Shown here piece by piece: positions 1 to 10,964 of a stretch of 34,344 nt of DNA (positions are counted from its first letter, which is position 1; each line of letters begins with the position of its first letter). Source of the DNA: Octopus bimaculoides (taxonomy: Eukaryota); contig NC_068986.1 of assembly GCF_001194135.2 (NCBI RefSeq), positions 27,338,945 through 27,373,288 on the forward strand, written 5' to 3'. The position numbers and the translations under genes were made by a program. The notes beneath the pieces were generated by a model. It made no database searches and was not told the origin of the DNA. It saw only the letters and a list, made by a program, of their open reading frames with translations.

Positions 1-62
1 AGTCAAACAAATTAACCCCAGTATCCTTTCTTTTCTTGCTTTTTTTTTTTTTTTAAATCTGG

Positions 63-135
63 TTCTTATCAAAATCTTTTGCCAAACTGTTAAGTTACAG
101 GTGACAATAACAAACCAACACCAGTTGTCAAGTAA
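63..135 (-). mobile_element. Degenerate fragment of SINE family A (internal/3' part)
   Basis: Reverse complement (ACAACTGGTGTTGGTTTGTTATTGTCACCTGTAACTTAACAGTTTGGCAAAAAGA) aligns by eye with the family A copy at about 5778-5830 (ACTGGTGCTGGTGTGTTTATGTCCCTGTAACTTAGCGGTTCAGCAAAAGAG). Confidence 0.6.
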
Positions 136-192
136 TCAGGGGTGGTGATGGTGGTGGGACAAATACGAAGATACAGATGGGTGTGCATGCAA

Positions 193-231
<39 letters not shown>

Positions 232-289
232 TGCACACGCACCCCCCACACACAGTTTTCCTTACCACATTCACTCAGAGGGCATTAAT

Positions 290-388
290 CATCCCAAGGC
301 TGTAGCAGAGTGCACTTGCCCAAGGGACTGAACCTGAAACCTTGTAATCTAAAGCAAGCTTCTTAACCACATCACTCTGCCTGCACCT
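290..388 (-). mobile_element. 5' head fragment of SINE family A
   Basis: CACTTGCCCAAGG..GACTGAACCTGAAACC..AAGCAAGCTTCTTAACCACA..CTGCCTGCACCT is the reverse complement of the tRNA-like head seen at about 5565-5650 and 25765-25862. Confidence 0.65.
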
Positions 389-1899
389 AACTAATAAACA
401 ACGAAAAGAAGATTTTCTCAGTACTTTATTTGTTATAAGACAACCATGTCTTTAATAAGCATTGTTAAGCTTTGTTTCAAGGAGAACCAAGCCATTTTGC
501 AAGATAATTAACTTGCTATTTTAACTTCAGCTTTTTCAGCCAGCATCAGTTGACATACACGCATGTACACAAATGCACAAGCACACACACACACACACAC
601 ACATTGATGATGATGTTACAAGTAACGATAACAAGGTATTACTCAATAGAGAGATTACAAACTAGCAATCAATGAAGTTTTAATAATTTAGTCATAATAG
701 CTATTTTATATAAACTTACTTCCCAGCTTGTTGCTATTTTATTTACTGTGTTTAAATAATTAAATCAAGTCAAATATAATTGTTAGTGTTGGTGATCACA
801 TCATTTGGGCTCTTACTTACCAAGAAAGTTATTTCAGTGGGTTTTTTTTTTTGTTTTTTGTAGTAATATTTTTAAGCCAGAAGAAATTCTACATGTTTTT
901 ATGTACTTTATATTTTTTTTTATTTATTTATTTTAGTTTTGATATTTTCCATAAATCATTTAACAAACTTCCTGAGATAAAGCCGAATGAAGAAAATTTA
1001 ATCTTTCTGTATGAAAAATTAGATAAAAATAATAGGTATTGATTTTAGTTTAGTTAGATTCATATGTAAGGAAGGGAGTGGGGTAATTAATAAAAAAAAA
1101 AGAAGCATGCTACCAACCACCACCCTCCTATCACATTTGCTGTCAAAAGTGTGTGCCATAGATGTGTAGTTATCTTTGTAGGAAATATATATTGAGTAGG
1201 TTTTGGTTTTCTATTTTCGTTTTATTTCCATATATTTATTCATTTCTTCTTAATCATGTGATATCTATGTCTTGCTTCCAAGAGCAACACACAAATATAT
1301 TCACAAATACACACATACTTCTCTCTCTCTCTCTCTCTCTCTCTCACTCGCTCTTTTTTTTCTTTCTCTTTTTTTTCTTGTGGGGAAAGTGAATATTACA
1401 TATCGACTTCTAGCTCACTTGAGTGAAAATACAATTTCCATATAACACAGATACAGGCTGCTTTAAGGCTCTTTGGTTTTCATTTCTGTCATATTAGCTA
1501 CCCTTAACTACAGATGAGGAACCCTTAAAATTTCAACATGAGTATATACTGGTCTATAAGTAATATTGGAACATTGACTGACCAATCAATACATGCTATA
1601 AATACTGCTGCTTGTATATGCATGTAATTTGAAGAAGCTTATCTGCTTGAACTATTGGCCGGCTCTGTAAATCCCTGTTATCAGAAATCAATCTCGGCAC
1701 AAGTAGGTAATATAATTTCACCTACATATTCTTGTTTGTCTTGAGATTCTACTTTTTGGTTTAAGTAAATGTACACTTACATGTGTGCAGGCATGCGTGT
1801 GCACACATACACTAACACACACATATATATTGAGACACACACACACTAACGCATACATACACATGTTCAGATGAACACCAGTTTATAATGAGACTCTCT

Positions 1900-2350
1900 T
1901 AGTTGTTAGGCCTTCTGTTGAAGTAGAATAATATGCGTTTAAGCTAAATAAATGCTTTTCTCTTCTTCGCATTGGAATTGCAATCACTTTTGAAGTCCGG
2001 ATGTTCAAAAGAAAGTCTTCTCTACTGAAACTTGTACTTTTCACTAGACTGGAATTCTCCTGATAAATATAAAATGTTGTCCGACAATGTTTGCTTCGAG
2101 TTTTAAGTATTTTGATCCCTGAGGAAATAAAGGGCTGTAAGTCTGATAGCCGAGTGAAGTGTGTTTTGGTCAATGGTCAAGGAAATAAATTATTTCTTAT
2201 GGTATAATATTGCTGTTCTGACTGGGAAAGGGTGGCAACATGGCGGAAATGTGTTGTAATAGATTCCATTATAGGCTTGTAAGTTTAGTAGACACAAGGC
2301 AGTAAACACCGATTCCTGGCACTGTATAGAACCAAATTCTTTAATGGACG
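1900..2350 (+). promoter_or_regulatory. Candidate promoter / TSS region (CpG-retaining, YY1-type motif)
   Basis: Non-repetitive stretch with about nine CpGs between 1935 and 2350, whereas most unique DNA in the window has very few. AACATGGCGG at 2237-2246 is the reverse complement of the YY1 consensus CCGCCATNTT, typical near metazoan housekeeping TSSs. Confidence 0.45.
2240..2278 (+). CDS. Probable first coding exon of an unidentified gene (MAEMCCNRFHYRL, phase 0)
   Basis: Strong start context GGCAACATGGCG (A at -3, G at +4) and 13 open codons, followed by a perfect donor GTAAGT at 2279-2284, inside the CpG-retaining region. Product not recognised. Confidence 0.45.
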
Positions 2351-2734
2351 TCATTTGATTGCTATCCATTTGTCTTTCATATATATCTCAGTGTATGTGT
2401 AAGTATGTGTTTTGGTTTGCTTGTATGCCTGTCTGTCTGTCTGTCTATCTGTTCATTTGATGTGGTCAAGAAGTAATTGAAATCAAATCGTGGAAGAACT
2501 TGTTAAATTCAATTACAATTTGTTGCTAAATAAATAAATAAATAAATAAAAATGTAAGAAATCAATGAAAAAACCCACACATTTGCAAATTTCTGCTCTA
2601 AATCCTTTAAGTTGATCTTACTATATATTACACACTGGTTTAAGGAAATTGGAATCAACAACCGACATTAAACAATTTTCTTATTTTTCATGTTCGTTGC
2701 CTGTTTGTCCTTGTGTCTTGTATGAATTGACAGA

Positions 2735-2870
2735 ATCATTAGCACATAGGATAAAATGCCTTGCAGTATTTGTCCTAGTTCTCTGTTCTCTGAGTTCAAA
2801 TCCTGCTGAGGTCAACTTTTTCTCTTTTTTTTTCTGGGTCAGTAAAATAGAATCAAAGGGTGTTGAATTG
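2735..2870 (+). mobile_element. Degenerate SINE family B
   Basis: CATTAGCACATAGGATAAAATGC..GAGTTCAAATCCTGCTGAGGTCAACTTT matches the family B copies at 31413-31627 and 32229-32440. Confidence 0.65.
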
Positions 2871-2960
2871 TGTGGATTGTTACAGCATTGTACCAGGTGC
2901 CTTGTGGTATTTCCATCTCATTGTGCTCTAAGTTCTTAGGTGGTAAACTTAAACTGTTAT

Positions 2961-3175
2961 CTTTTATCTCGTTTCAGTCAGTTGGACTGCAGTCATGCTG
3001 GAGCTCCACACTAAAGGGTTTAGTTGAACAAGTCAAACCTAGAACTTAGCTTTTAAGTCTGGTACTTATTCTCTTGACGTTTTTTTGGCCGAATCACTAA
3101 ATTGCAGGAATGTAAACAAACTAACACCTGTTGTCAAGCAGTTGGAAGGGGACAAGCACAAAGATACACAGATAC
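2961..3175 (-). mobile_element. SINE family A, 3' half
   Basis: TTTCAGTCAGTTGGACTGCAGTCATGCTGGAGC..GGTACTTATTCT is the reverse complement of the family A 3' end (compare 16651-16739 and 5830-5958). Confidence 0.75.
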
Positions 3176-3177
3176 GC

Positions 3178-3276
3178 ATGGTGAAAAAGGATCTACAAAT
3201 GTTAGGACTTGCAGAGGGGATGTCAGGGGACTGTGACTGCTGGCGATTTGCTGTGCTTGAAAAGAAAAGAACTTGA
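3178..3276 (+). mobile_element. 3' end of an RTE-clade LINE ORF (remnant)
   Basis: Translation MVKKDLQMLGLAEGMSGDCDCWRFAVLEKKRT* fits the RTE C-terminal pattern (V.KDL..LGL...M..DR..WR.AV) as I recall it. Confidence 0.6.
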
Positions 3277-3525
3277 GTGGTCAACTTTTATAGGCTAGTG
3301 ATGTTCAGGGGTTCAGTATTCAAAGGGTTAATAATACTTTTTAGAATATCATATTCCAATTTTTTCTGCAGGTTCTTGGTAATGTTCATCTCAAGTTCCT
3401 CTAATCTGCCAAATAAGCTGAGTTCTAATAAATGCTGTATTTTTCTAGCTATTTACTCTGTTCAGTGTTCTTTTAATCAAAATGGTACTCTGCTTGTTTT
3501 AGTGCTCCTTCTTATTATTACATAA

Positions 3526-3625
3526 ACTACCATAAAACCCTATGTACAATATGTATATTTTTTTCTCAACAAAGCCAAGATTAAAATTATGGGCTTGTAT
3601 AAAACATGGTATTATATTGCAAAAG
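3526..3625. mobile_element. Possible decayed short TIR MITE (Tc1/mariner-Tc2-like ends)
   Basis: Starts ACTACCATAAAACCCTATGTA and ends GGGCTTGTATAAAACATGGTATTATA, loosely like TACC(G/A)TA..TATAAGCCGC / GCGGCTTATA..TACGGTA MITE termini. Only one end is well preserved. Confidence 0.25.
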
Positions 3626-4299
3626 TTTCTCCCAACTCCCTAATAAAATGTATACCCCAAACTTTGTGTGCAGGTTGCAAAATACTTGTGCATTTTTATG
3701 GAATGTACCTTTCTTGGAATTATCTCTTTTCCTTTGAAACTGCCCAATTTTTTATTTTTTTTATTTTATGGAACATTAAAACTGTTTTCCAAGAACATCC
3801 TTAATTTTCTCCTCTGACTTAATTCTAATTCGTTATGATACCACTATTTCTTAGCAACAATGGTAAATCTTCTCAAGACTTATAAGATTTTCTGTTGTCA
3901 GTTTAATAGCTGTCACCACCCACCATTATGTTTCAGCCATCTTTCCTATATCTATAGCATATCCTTATATTTCTACATGAAAACATTTATTTTACTTATT
4001 TTCATTGACCCACTTCATCCTCTAGTATTTAGAAACAATCTAATTTGGCGCTGCAACATTTCTGCTGTTTTACACTGGAAGATAGATATCAGCTTTTTGT
4101 CTTTTTTTTTTTCCTATTTATCTCCTGCATTTGTCCCTAATGCTTCACTTCACTATATGCAGCAAAACCTACTCTAGTCAGAGCGTATCTCTCTGTGACA
4201 TTAAGAAATTTCCCTTTCAAGTTTAAACATGACAGCAATAATTTAACTTAATATTTCTTTCTTTCTTACCTTTTCCCCTCAACTACACAGTATTTGTTT

Positions 4300-4351
4300 T
4301 ATATACATACATACATATATATTCATACATAAATATATATATGTGCATGCA

Positions 4352-4383
<32 letters not shown>

Positions 4384-4820
4384 CATACATCTATATATAT
4401 ATATATATACACACACACATACATATATACACACACACACACATTATATATACATGCACACACATACATATATATATATATATACACACACNNNNNNNNN
4501 NNNNNNNNNNNNNNNNNNNNNNNNNNNNNNNNNNNNNNNNNNNNNNNNNNNNNNNNNNNNNNNNNNNNNNNNNNNNNNNNNNNNNNNNNNNNNNNNNNNN
4601 NNNNNNNNNNNNNNNNNNNNNNNNNNNNNNNNNNNNNNNTATATATATATATATATATATACACACACATACATGCATATATATATATATACATATCTAC
4701 GCATGCATACATATACATACACATGTATTTATATATATATATATATATATAGATATATATATATATATACATATATACACATGTATACATATACATAAAT
4801 ACACATGTATTTATATATAT

Positions 4821-4861
<41 letters not shown>

Positions 4862-4915
4862 TACATATTTACACACGCACATACTTGTATATGCACACAT
4901 ACATGCGCATATACG
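4300..4915. repeat. Long compound (TA)n/(CA)n/(CATA)n microsatellite spanning an N-gap (4492-4639)
   Basis: Directly visible alternating purine-pyrimidine repeats on both sides of the gap. Confidence 0.95.
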
Positions 4916-5324
4916 CCCACTCTAGTTTAGTGAATAATTGTGACACTATACACATTTTACGATTTTGTTATTGCTGTGGTTTTAAAACAATATAATGTTT
5001 CTTTATTCTTTGATGTCTAATCCGGTGTGAAATTAAAAATCTGGAAAATTGGATTTCTTTATATTTAAAGTGCTTTTAGGATTCTATATCTATTTGGCAA
5101 ATATTTGTTTTTTTTTTTATTCCTTTATCTCGTATCTGTCTTTAGGCTTATCTTGTTAAGGTAATTAATAGCATCTCTCTCTCTCTCTCTCACTCTCACT
5201 CGAATTAAAGAATTATAATGAAAACTTGTTTAAAATATTTCAAAATTCAAATAAAAATGAATTGATATGTTTATCTATTGTCACTTTTATATCTTTGCGT
5301 GCATATACATTACTTCAAACATAT

Positions 5325-5455
5325 CTGCATGGTTAAGACTATTGCTTCAGAACAACATAGTTCCGTGACACCTTAGGCAAGTGACTTCTACTATAGCTCC
5401 ATGCTGACCAAATTCATTGAGTGGAAAACAACTGCATGAGAGCCCATTGTATATG
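5325..5455 (+). mobile_element. Degenerate 5' part of SINE family A
   Basis: GTGACACCTTAGGCAAGTGACTTCTACTATAGC matches GTGGCACCTTGGACACCTATCTTCTACTATAGC in the adjacent copy. Confidence 0.55.
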
Positions 5456-5515
5456 TGTGTCTATATGTATGTATTTCTTCATGCATGTCTATATGTGTGT
5501 ATGTCTGTGCGCGCG

Positions 5516-5564
<49 letters not shown>

Positions 5565-5565
<1 letters not shown>

Positions 5566-5958
5566 CACAGGTATGGCTATATGGTAAAAAGCTTGCTTCC
5601 CACCCACATGATTCTTGGTTCAGTCCTGCTACGTGGCACCTTGGACACCTATCTTCTACTATAGCCTCAGGTCGGCCAAAGCTTTGTGAGTGGATTTCAT
5701 AGATGAAAACTGAAAGACGCTCATTGTGTGTGTGTGTGTATCTTTGTGCCTGTGTTTGTCCCTTATCACTAGTTGAGAACTGGTGCTGGTGTGTTTATGT
5801 CCCTGTAACTTAGCGGTTCAGCAAAGAGACTGATAGAATAAGTACCAAGCTTAAAAAAAATATAAGTATAGATGTTGATTCATTCAACTAAAAAATTCTC
5901 CATGGCAGTGCCCTAGCATGACTGCAGTCTGATGATTGAAATAAGTAAAGGATAAAAG
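5565..5958 (+). mobile_element. Near full-length tRNA-derived SINE, family A
   Basis: Degenerate A-box (TGGCTATATGGT) and B-box (GGTTCAGTCC), internal (TG)n, and 3' end GCATGACTGCAGTC..TGAAATAAGTAAAGGATAAAAG. Multiple partial copies occur in both orientations in this window. Confidence 0.85.
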
Positions 5959-6124
5959 GTGTGTGTATATATATATATATATATATATGTATATTGGTGT
6001 TTATGTATGCAAGTATTAACCTGAGAAAACCTGTGACATTACGTTTACATTCTTTGTTGACATTATAAGTTACTGCACTTTCAGTAACCTACGGAATTAA
6101 AGCAATCCCTTTCTTTGAAGAAAA

Positions 6125-6225
6125 AATACAAGAGTTGGCAACAGGCAGAGAAATACCATATTACAGCACCATCTGGTCCTTTGTGGCATGGAAAAATAGG
6201 TGGAAAAATAACGACGAGAATGAGA
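6125..6225 (+). mobile_element. Highly decayed family C retroposon 3' end
   Basis: TTGGCAACAGG..GGCATGGAAAAATAGG resembles the family C tail at 10815-10958 and 31645-31753. Confidence 0.3.
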
Positions 6226-7059
6226 ATCAAATGAGATTGTCTTACGAAGATTAATGGCCAAATTAGAACTCATAACTTCTATGTTGGCAGTCTATCACTA
6301 TAAGCATTAAACAATACGATTTTATTTTTATAAGATTCAATTAAAATTAAGTTGCATAATGCTTATTAAAATTATAATTCTATTTGGAATTTTATTGTCA
6401 CCAGTGGATGATATTTCTTGTGTGAATAGATTTAAAGTTTTAAATCTCCAAATACTTCATTGCTGTGTTATTTTATTTTTATTTTGTCTGTTACTGATTC
6501 TTATAGAAAGGTCAATAAGTTTATTTCATTGGTGTCAATACTATTCTATTTATTAAAATTTAATTGATTAGTTTAACAGTCCCTAGGTAAATAAAGAGAA
6601 ATTACAGTTTTATTTGTTTGCCTTTTTTTAATATTTTTAAATACATTTTTTGAAACTTTTTCTTTTTTTCCCCCCTCCCATTGAAAGCTATTTTCCCATG
6701 CAAACAAATATGTTTTGTATCTGAAGAAGCCAGTGATTTCATTGAAAAGTAACACATGGAAAGATTTATTTGATTCTTCAAATAGCTAACATGTTTTTTT
6801 TAATCACTTTTAGAGATTCGCTTCTATTTAGCTGAAATGATTATACTTGCTGACATTCAAATAAAGTACTGAAATCTTAGAAGATTTTTATCAGTAAATT
6901 CACTGTTACTAACAATTGCTGTACGAGATTTTCTCTGAAACTCTGCATAAAGCCAGCAGGTCATTCTTAGAATGATTTAAGTGGTAAAATAAGATTTGAT
7001 TGCAATGAAAAACTGGAACATTTTTTGTCTTTTGTCCTCTCATTCTTTTACTTTTCTTC

Positions 7060-7101
7060 ACCTCTCTCTCTCTCTCTTAATCACTCTCTCTCTCTTAATC
7101 A

Positions 7102-7179
<78 letters not shown>

Positions 7180-7195
7180 CTCTCACACACACACC
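7060..7195. repeat. (CT)n microsatellite with a duplicated TTAATCA interruption, then (CA)n
   Basis: Directly visible. The unit CTCTCTCTCTCTTAATCA occurs twice. Confidence 0.95.
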
Positions 7196-9836
7196 ATTAG
7201 TCTTTTTGTTCTTGTTTGATTTTGTCTCCATTTCAAATGTATCTTGTTTTGTTGTTGTTTTTAATCTTCACACCTCTTTAAAATACTGAAATACTGATCT
7301 ACTTTTGTGTATTAACAACTCTAATTGATGGATTAGTAATTGAGAGAATAGTCATATGGTTAATTAGTCACCTTTTTGTCTATCATTAAGAGGAGATCAT
7401 TGCTTGTCTACTGAAGGTTAATAATACTCGCTGCTTGTCGAGCGGTTCACTTTAAAGTTGAACTGTATCATCGCCTTTCTTATTTTATCAAGTGGTCATC
7501 TTTTAATGACTTACTTCTACTTTCCTAGTCGAAGGCAATCCAAATGTGTCACTTTAATACGCTGGCATTCAGTGAAGGCATCTTCGATAAGATTAAATTA
7601 TTGCAATAGGGGAAGCTTAGAGGCACATTTAATTGCTTGGAAAATGTTGACCTAATCATTGCATTAGATTTGGTTTTGGTCTGTTTAATTCCAGTTTATG
7701 TTGTTGTTAGCGAGAAGGTAATTGAAGTATTGTATATTATTCTAGCACTTGTTAAGTAGGCTACTGTCATAGTTGATATACATTTAATTCATTATGTGGA
7801 GAACTCTCATTCAAAATCTGGTCACCATTGTTAACTGACCAATCTCAGAAAATTTCTCCTTATATGGCTGAATATTTATGATCAGATTTGCAATATTGAA
7901 TATCTGAGATTAATAAATCTCTACTATATAGAACAGTTTGGCTTTTGTCATTACCAGAACCAAAATAAACTCATACTATTGCATCTATAAATGCTGAATA
8001 CTAAATTTCAATCAGATGCAAGTTAATAGATCTTCCAGTGTACATCTCTTCATAAACTCATTAATAAATTCACTTGATAATCTCCAGTTTGATTATGAAT
8101 TTGCCTGAAAGTCTTATTTGATCTAAATTCAGAGATGCATTGATTTAGGAAAGATGCATCTAAATATATTGTTTAGATTTTTTCACTGTTATCCTAAAGT
8201 TCAAGTTTTACCAGTGCCATCATATTTTATCCTACATGCTTTCAATTAAATACCTGAAAAAATTGTTATGATTAGCTGTAAATAAATGAATTTAGTTGTA
8301 AATTAAAGGTTTGAAAAAAAAATGGAATAAACAAAAAGAAAAAGACAACACTGAGGGGCAAGTTTTAACATGTAAAAGAAAGAAAACAATGATGCTTAAC
8401 ATTTCAGGTATCAGCCCTTCATCAGAAAAAGGCATAAGAGGAGTGAGAAAGAAAAAGAAAAAAAAAGAAATGGATGGGGGTTTTTAAGGGCCAGATGGGA
8501 ATGAAGTTCAGTGGAGGAGAGTTAAGAAGGGAGGAGGGGCATGTGTGTGTGTGCATGTGCATGTAAAGGAGTGTATTTGTGCTTTGAGATGAGCAAGGGT
8601 GAGGTGAGTGGTGTGTGTGTTTGGTTTTTCTGGTGATCTGTATATATGTAAAGGTGTGCAAGTGTGATACTATAATGGCATGGACTAGTAGGGGTATGAG
8701 GTGTAGGTTTGTGTGTGTAACCGTATTGTGTGTGTGTGAGGAAAGCATGGAAGTGAGGAGATACAAATAGGTACAAGAGTGAGGTAAAAGAGAAGGCAAG
8801 AAGTATGTGAAGTGTGTGGTAGAAGTGTGTGCAAGGGTATAGATGTGAAACACTGTAGCATGGAAGGCAGACATGAACAGGGGAATGAAAGAGGGAGAAA
8901 AGGAATAAATATGTGCCAGCATTTTGTGCTAAGTTTAAAGTTTGAAAAATCCTCTAGTTTGTGGTGTCAAGGCAGAACAGTTTTAAAACAATTATTTTGA
9001 AAAATATCATGGAAATACAATGAAATTCAAATGTTGAAGATTAATCCAGGATTGAATAGAGAACACATGTTGCAGTTAATAAAAGAGGGGTTGGTAGTGG
9101 GGTTGTGGGGGGGGGGGACAAACAAAAACTAATTGACACTGTGCATATTTGCCTGCCAGCTTGGTTTAAGATAGCACTGAACACTGAAGCCAGAGCTAAA
9201 ATGATTAACTATTTGTGATATCCATTTAAATGTCATTCTCCAAAAACCCAATAAAATATGCTGTGTTCTACTCCATAAAGTAACATTGTTAGTGAAGTTA
9301 GCTTAAGTTATTTTCACATGAAAAGGAGAAATATGATGTGGGAAGTGTCTGTCCTTTTCCATTTGCCTTCTCTTTTCCATCTTTTCAGAGATAAATTCTG
9401 TTTTTCGATTTTAGGCTAATGCAACTAGTTACATGTTGTTAGATCTTATAACAATTTACTGCACTATAGTTACTGTTATAATGTTGCTAATACGTTAGTT
9501 TCTCTCGGGTATTTTTCTTTCCAGTTCACTCTATCCCTTATATATCTTACACACAAACCAATTTGGTTTTGCTTTTGGTTTCCTTTCTACTTTATTTACA
9601 AATCTGACAAAAAATTTCCGTTGTTTTATCTCATAAATCCCTAACACATCAACATTTAATTCTAGTGCAGATGGCTTTAATTTCATTCGGTACTGTCTAC
9701 TTGCCTTCCAAGGAAGTACTGGAAATCCTGTTTTATGGCATGTGTTTGAATTCCAGTTTTCAACTATATACAGTACAAATAAATTAGAATTAAATTCAGT
9801 TTTATGTTTGAAGCACTATGTCACTTGCTTGTTTAG

Positions 9837-9967
9837 CTGTGACGTTGTTAAATATACTTAAAGCAAGTTGGGATTTTAAGATTTTTGTCCTCAAAATGCC
9901 TGTTTGGGAGTATGCCATTGAAGTGTTCCCTAATAGTGTATGTGGATATGTATTGGCAGAAGAGAAG
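9837..9967 (+). CDS. Candidate internal exon (phase 1 to 0): VTLLNILKASWDFKIFVLKMPVWEYAIEVFPNSVCGYVLAEEK
   Basis: Acceptor TCACTTGCTTGTTTAG (AG 9835-9836), 131 nt open in one frame, donor AAG|GTAAAT at 9968. No family recognised and it could be a chance match. Confidence 0.2.
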
Positions 9968-10814
9968 GTAAATAAGTAAATCTATGTTGTGGTTTGTTGT
10001 TTAAACCTCTTCCTCCCTGCCAGATTGGGTCTGTTTTGAACTGACCTACAATCAAAGGTATTCACGCTGTGACTATCCTGTAATTTTTTTCCCAGAAATA
10101 CTGTACCCAGGATTGTCGGTGGGTAATTTGAGATTTGGCTGCATTTTCTGGCAGATAGATTGATAAGTAGCAATAGAACAGAGGGGGAATGTAAGGGCTT
10201 TTTAATTAGCTCATTCATTATGGATTCATGCTGATATCTGATTGAGTACAAGCGGCCCTTGGAGAATTGAAGTTGGTGTAAGAATGCAAATCATGAGGAA
10301 GTGACTGGGTATGTGATATGTAGTGACACTATAGCATTTCTCTGAGAGATTCTCTTACATGCTTCAGAAAAGGAGCAAAGAAATGACAATTCTGTTTAAC
10401 TGAGAAATTCTGCATATAATCCTACCCTATGTACATTTAACAGCTAAAATTTACATATTTTCACAGGTGCAGATGTTTACTAATCAGCCAATAAAAAAAA
10501 ACACACAAAACAAAGTTATTGAACATAAAGACAGTGTTTACATCTGTCTGTACACAGTGTTAGCGAGAAACCTGTAGATATATTGTGTAGTACAGTGCAG
10601 CACATGTTTATGTGTACATGTTTGTATGTGTCTATCAAGCATGCCTTTCAGCACCTGGCATAAAACCACCTCTCCCTCTCAAATACTCCCCCCCACCATT
10701 ATTTAGTAGTGGAGACTTTTTCCTTTTCCCTCTTCCACTTCTGTCTTGCAATTTACTTGACCACATCACTAGTGCCAGTGTCATGAAAAGAGCAGCCAGT
10801 ACATATGAAAGTGG

Positions 10815-10958
10815 CTAGTGTTAGAAAGGGCACCCAGCTATAGAATCCATGTCAAAGTACCCAGTGCAGATACATAGCTCTCTAGATTCTCTCAAACCAT
10901 CTGTTCCCTTCCAGCATGGAAAACATATCTTAAGTTGTGATGATGATGATGATGATGA
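10815..10958 (+). mobile_element. Family C retroposon 3' end with (GAT)n tail
   Basis: GTTAGAAAGGGCACCCAGCTATAGAA..CAAACCATC..CCAGCATGGAAAAC..(GAT)n. The same tail occurs at 31645-31753. Confidence 0.7.
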
Positions 10959-10964
10959 TATGTG

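Noticed and set aside
420-760. Short motifs shared with 24005-24075 (CTGTGTTTAAATA; AGCTGAAGTT)
   Set aside because: Probably an old dispersed repeat, but the similarity is too short to define boundaries or class by eye.
3085-3276. 63-aa ORF as a host exon
   Set aside because: It is a chimera of an antisense SINE A fragment and an RTE LINE tail.
4323-4925. Long ORFs (up to 194 aa) of YI/HT/CV dipeptides
   Set aside because: They are translations of (TA)n/(CA)n/(TG)n repeats read through an N-gap.
8422-8922. 166-aa His/Thr-rich minus-strand ORF
   Set aside because: Low-complexity GT/GA-rich sequence.
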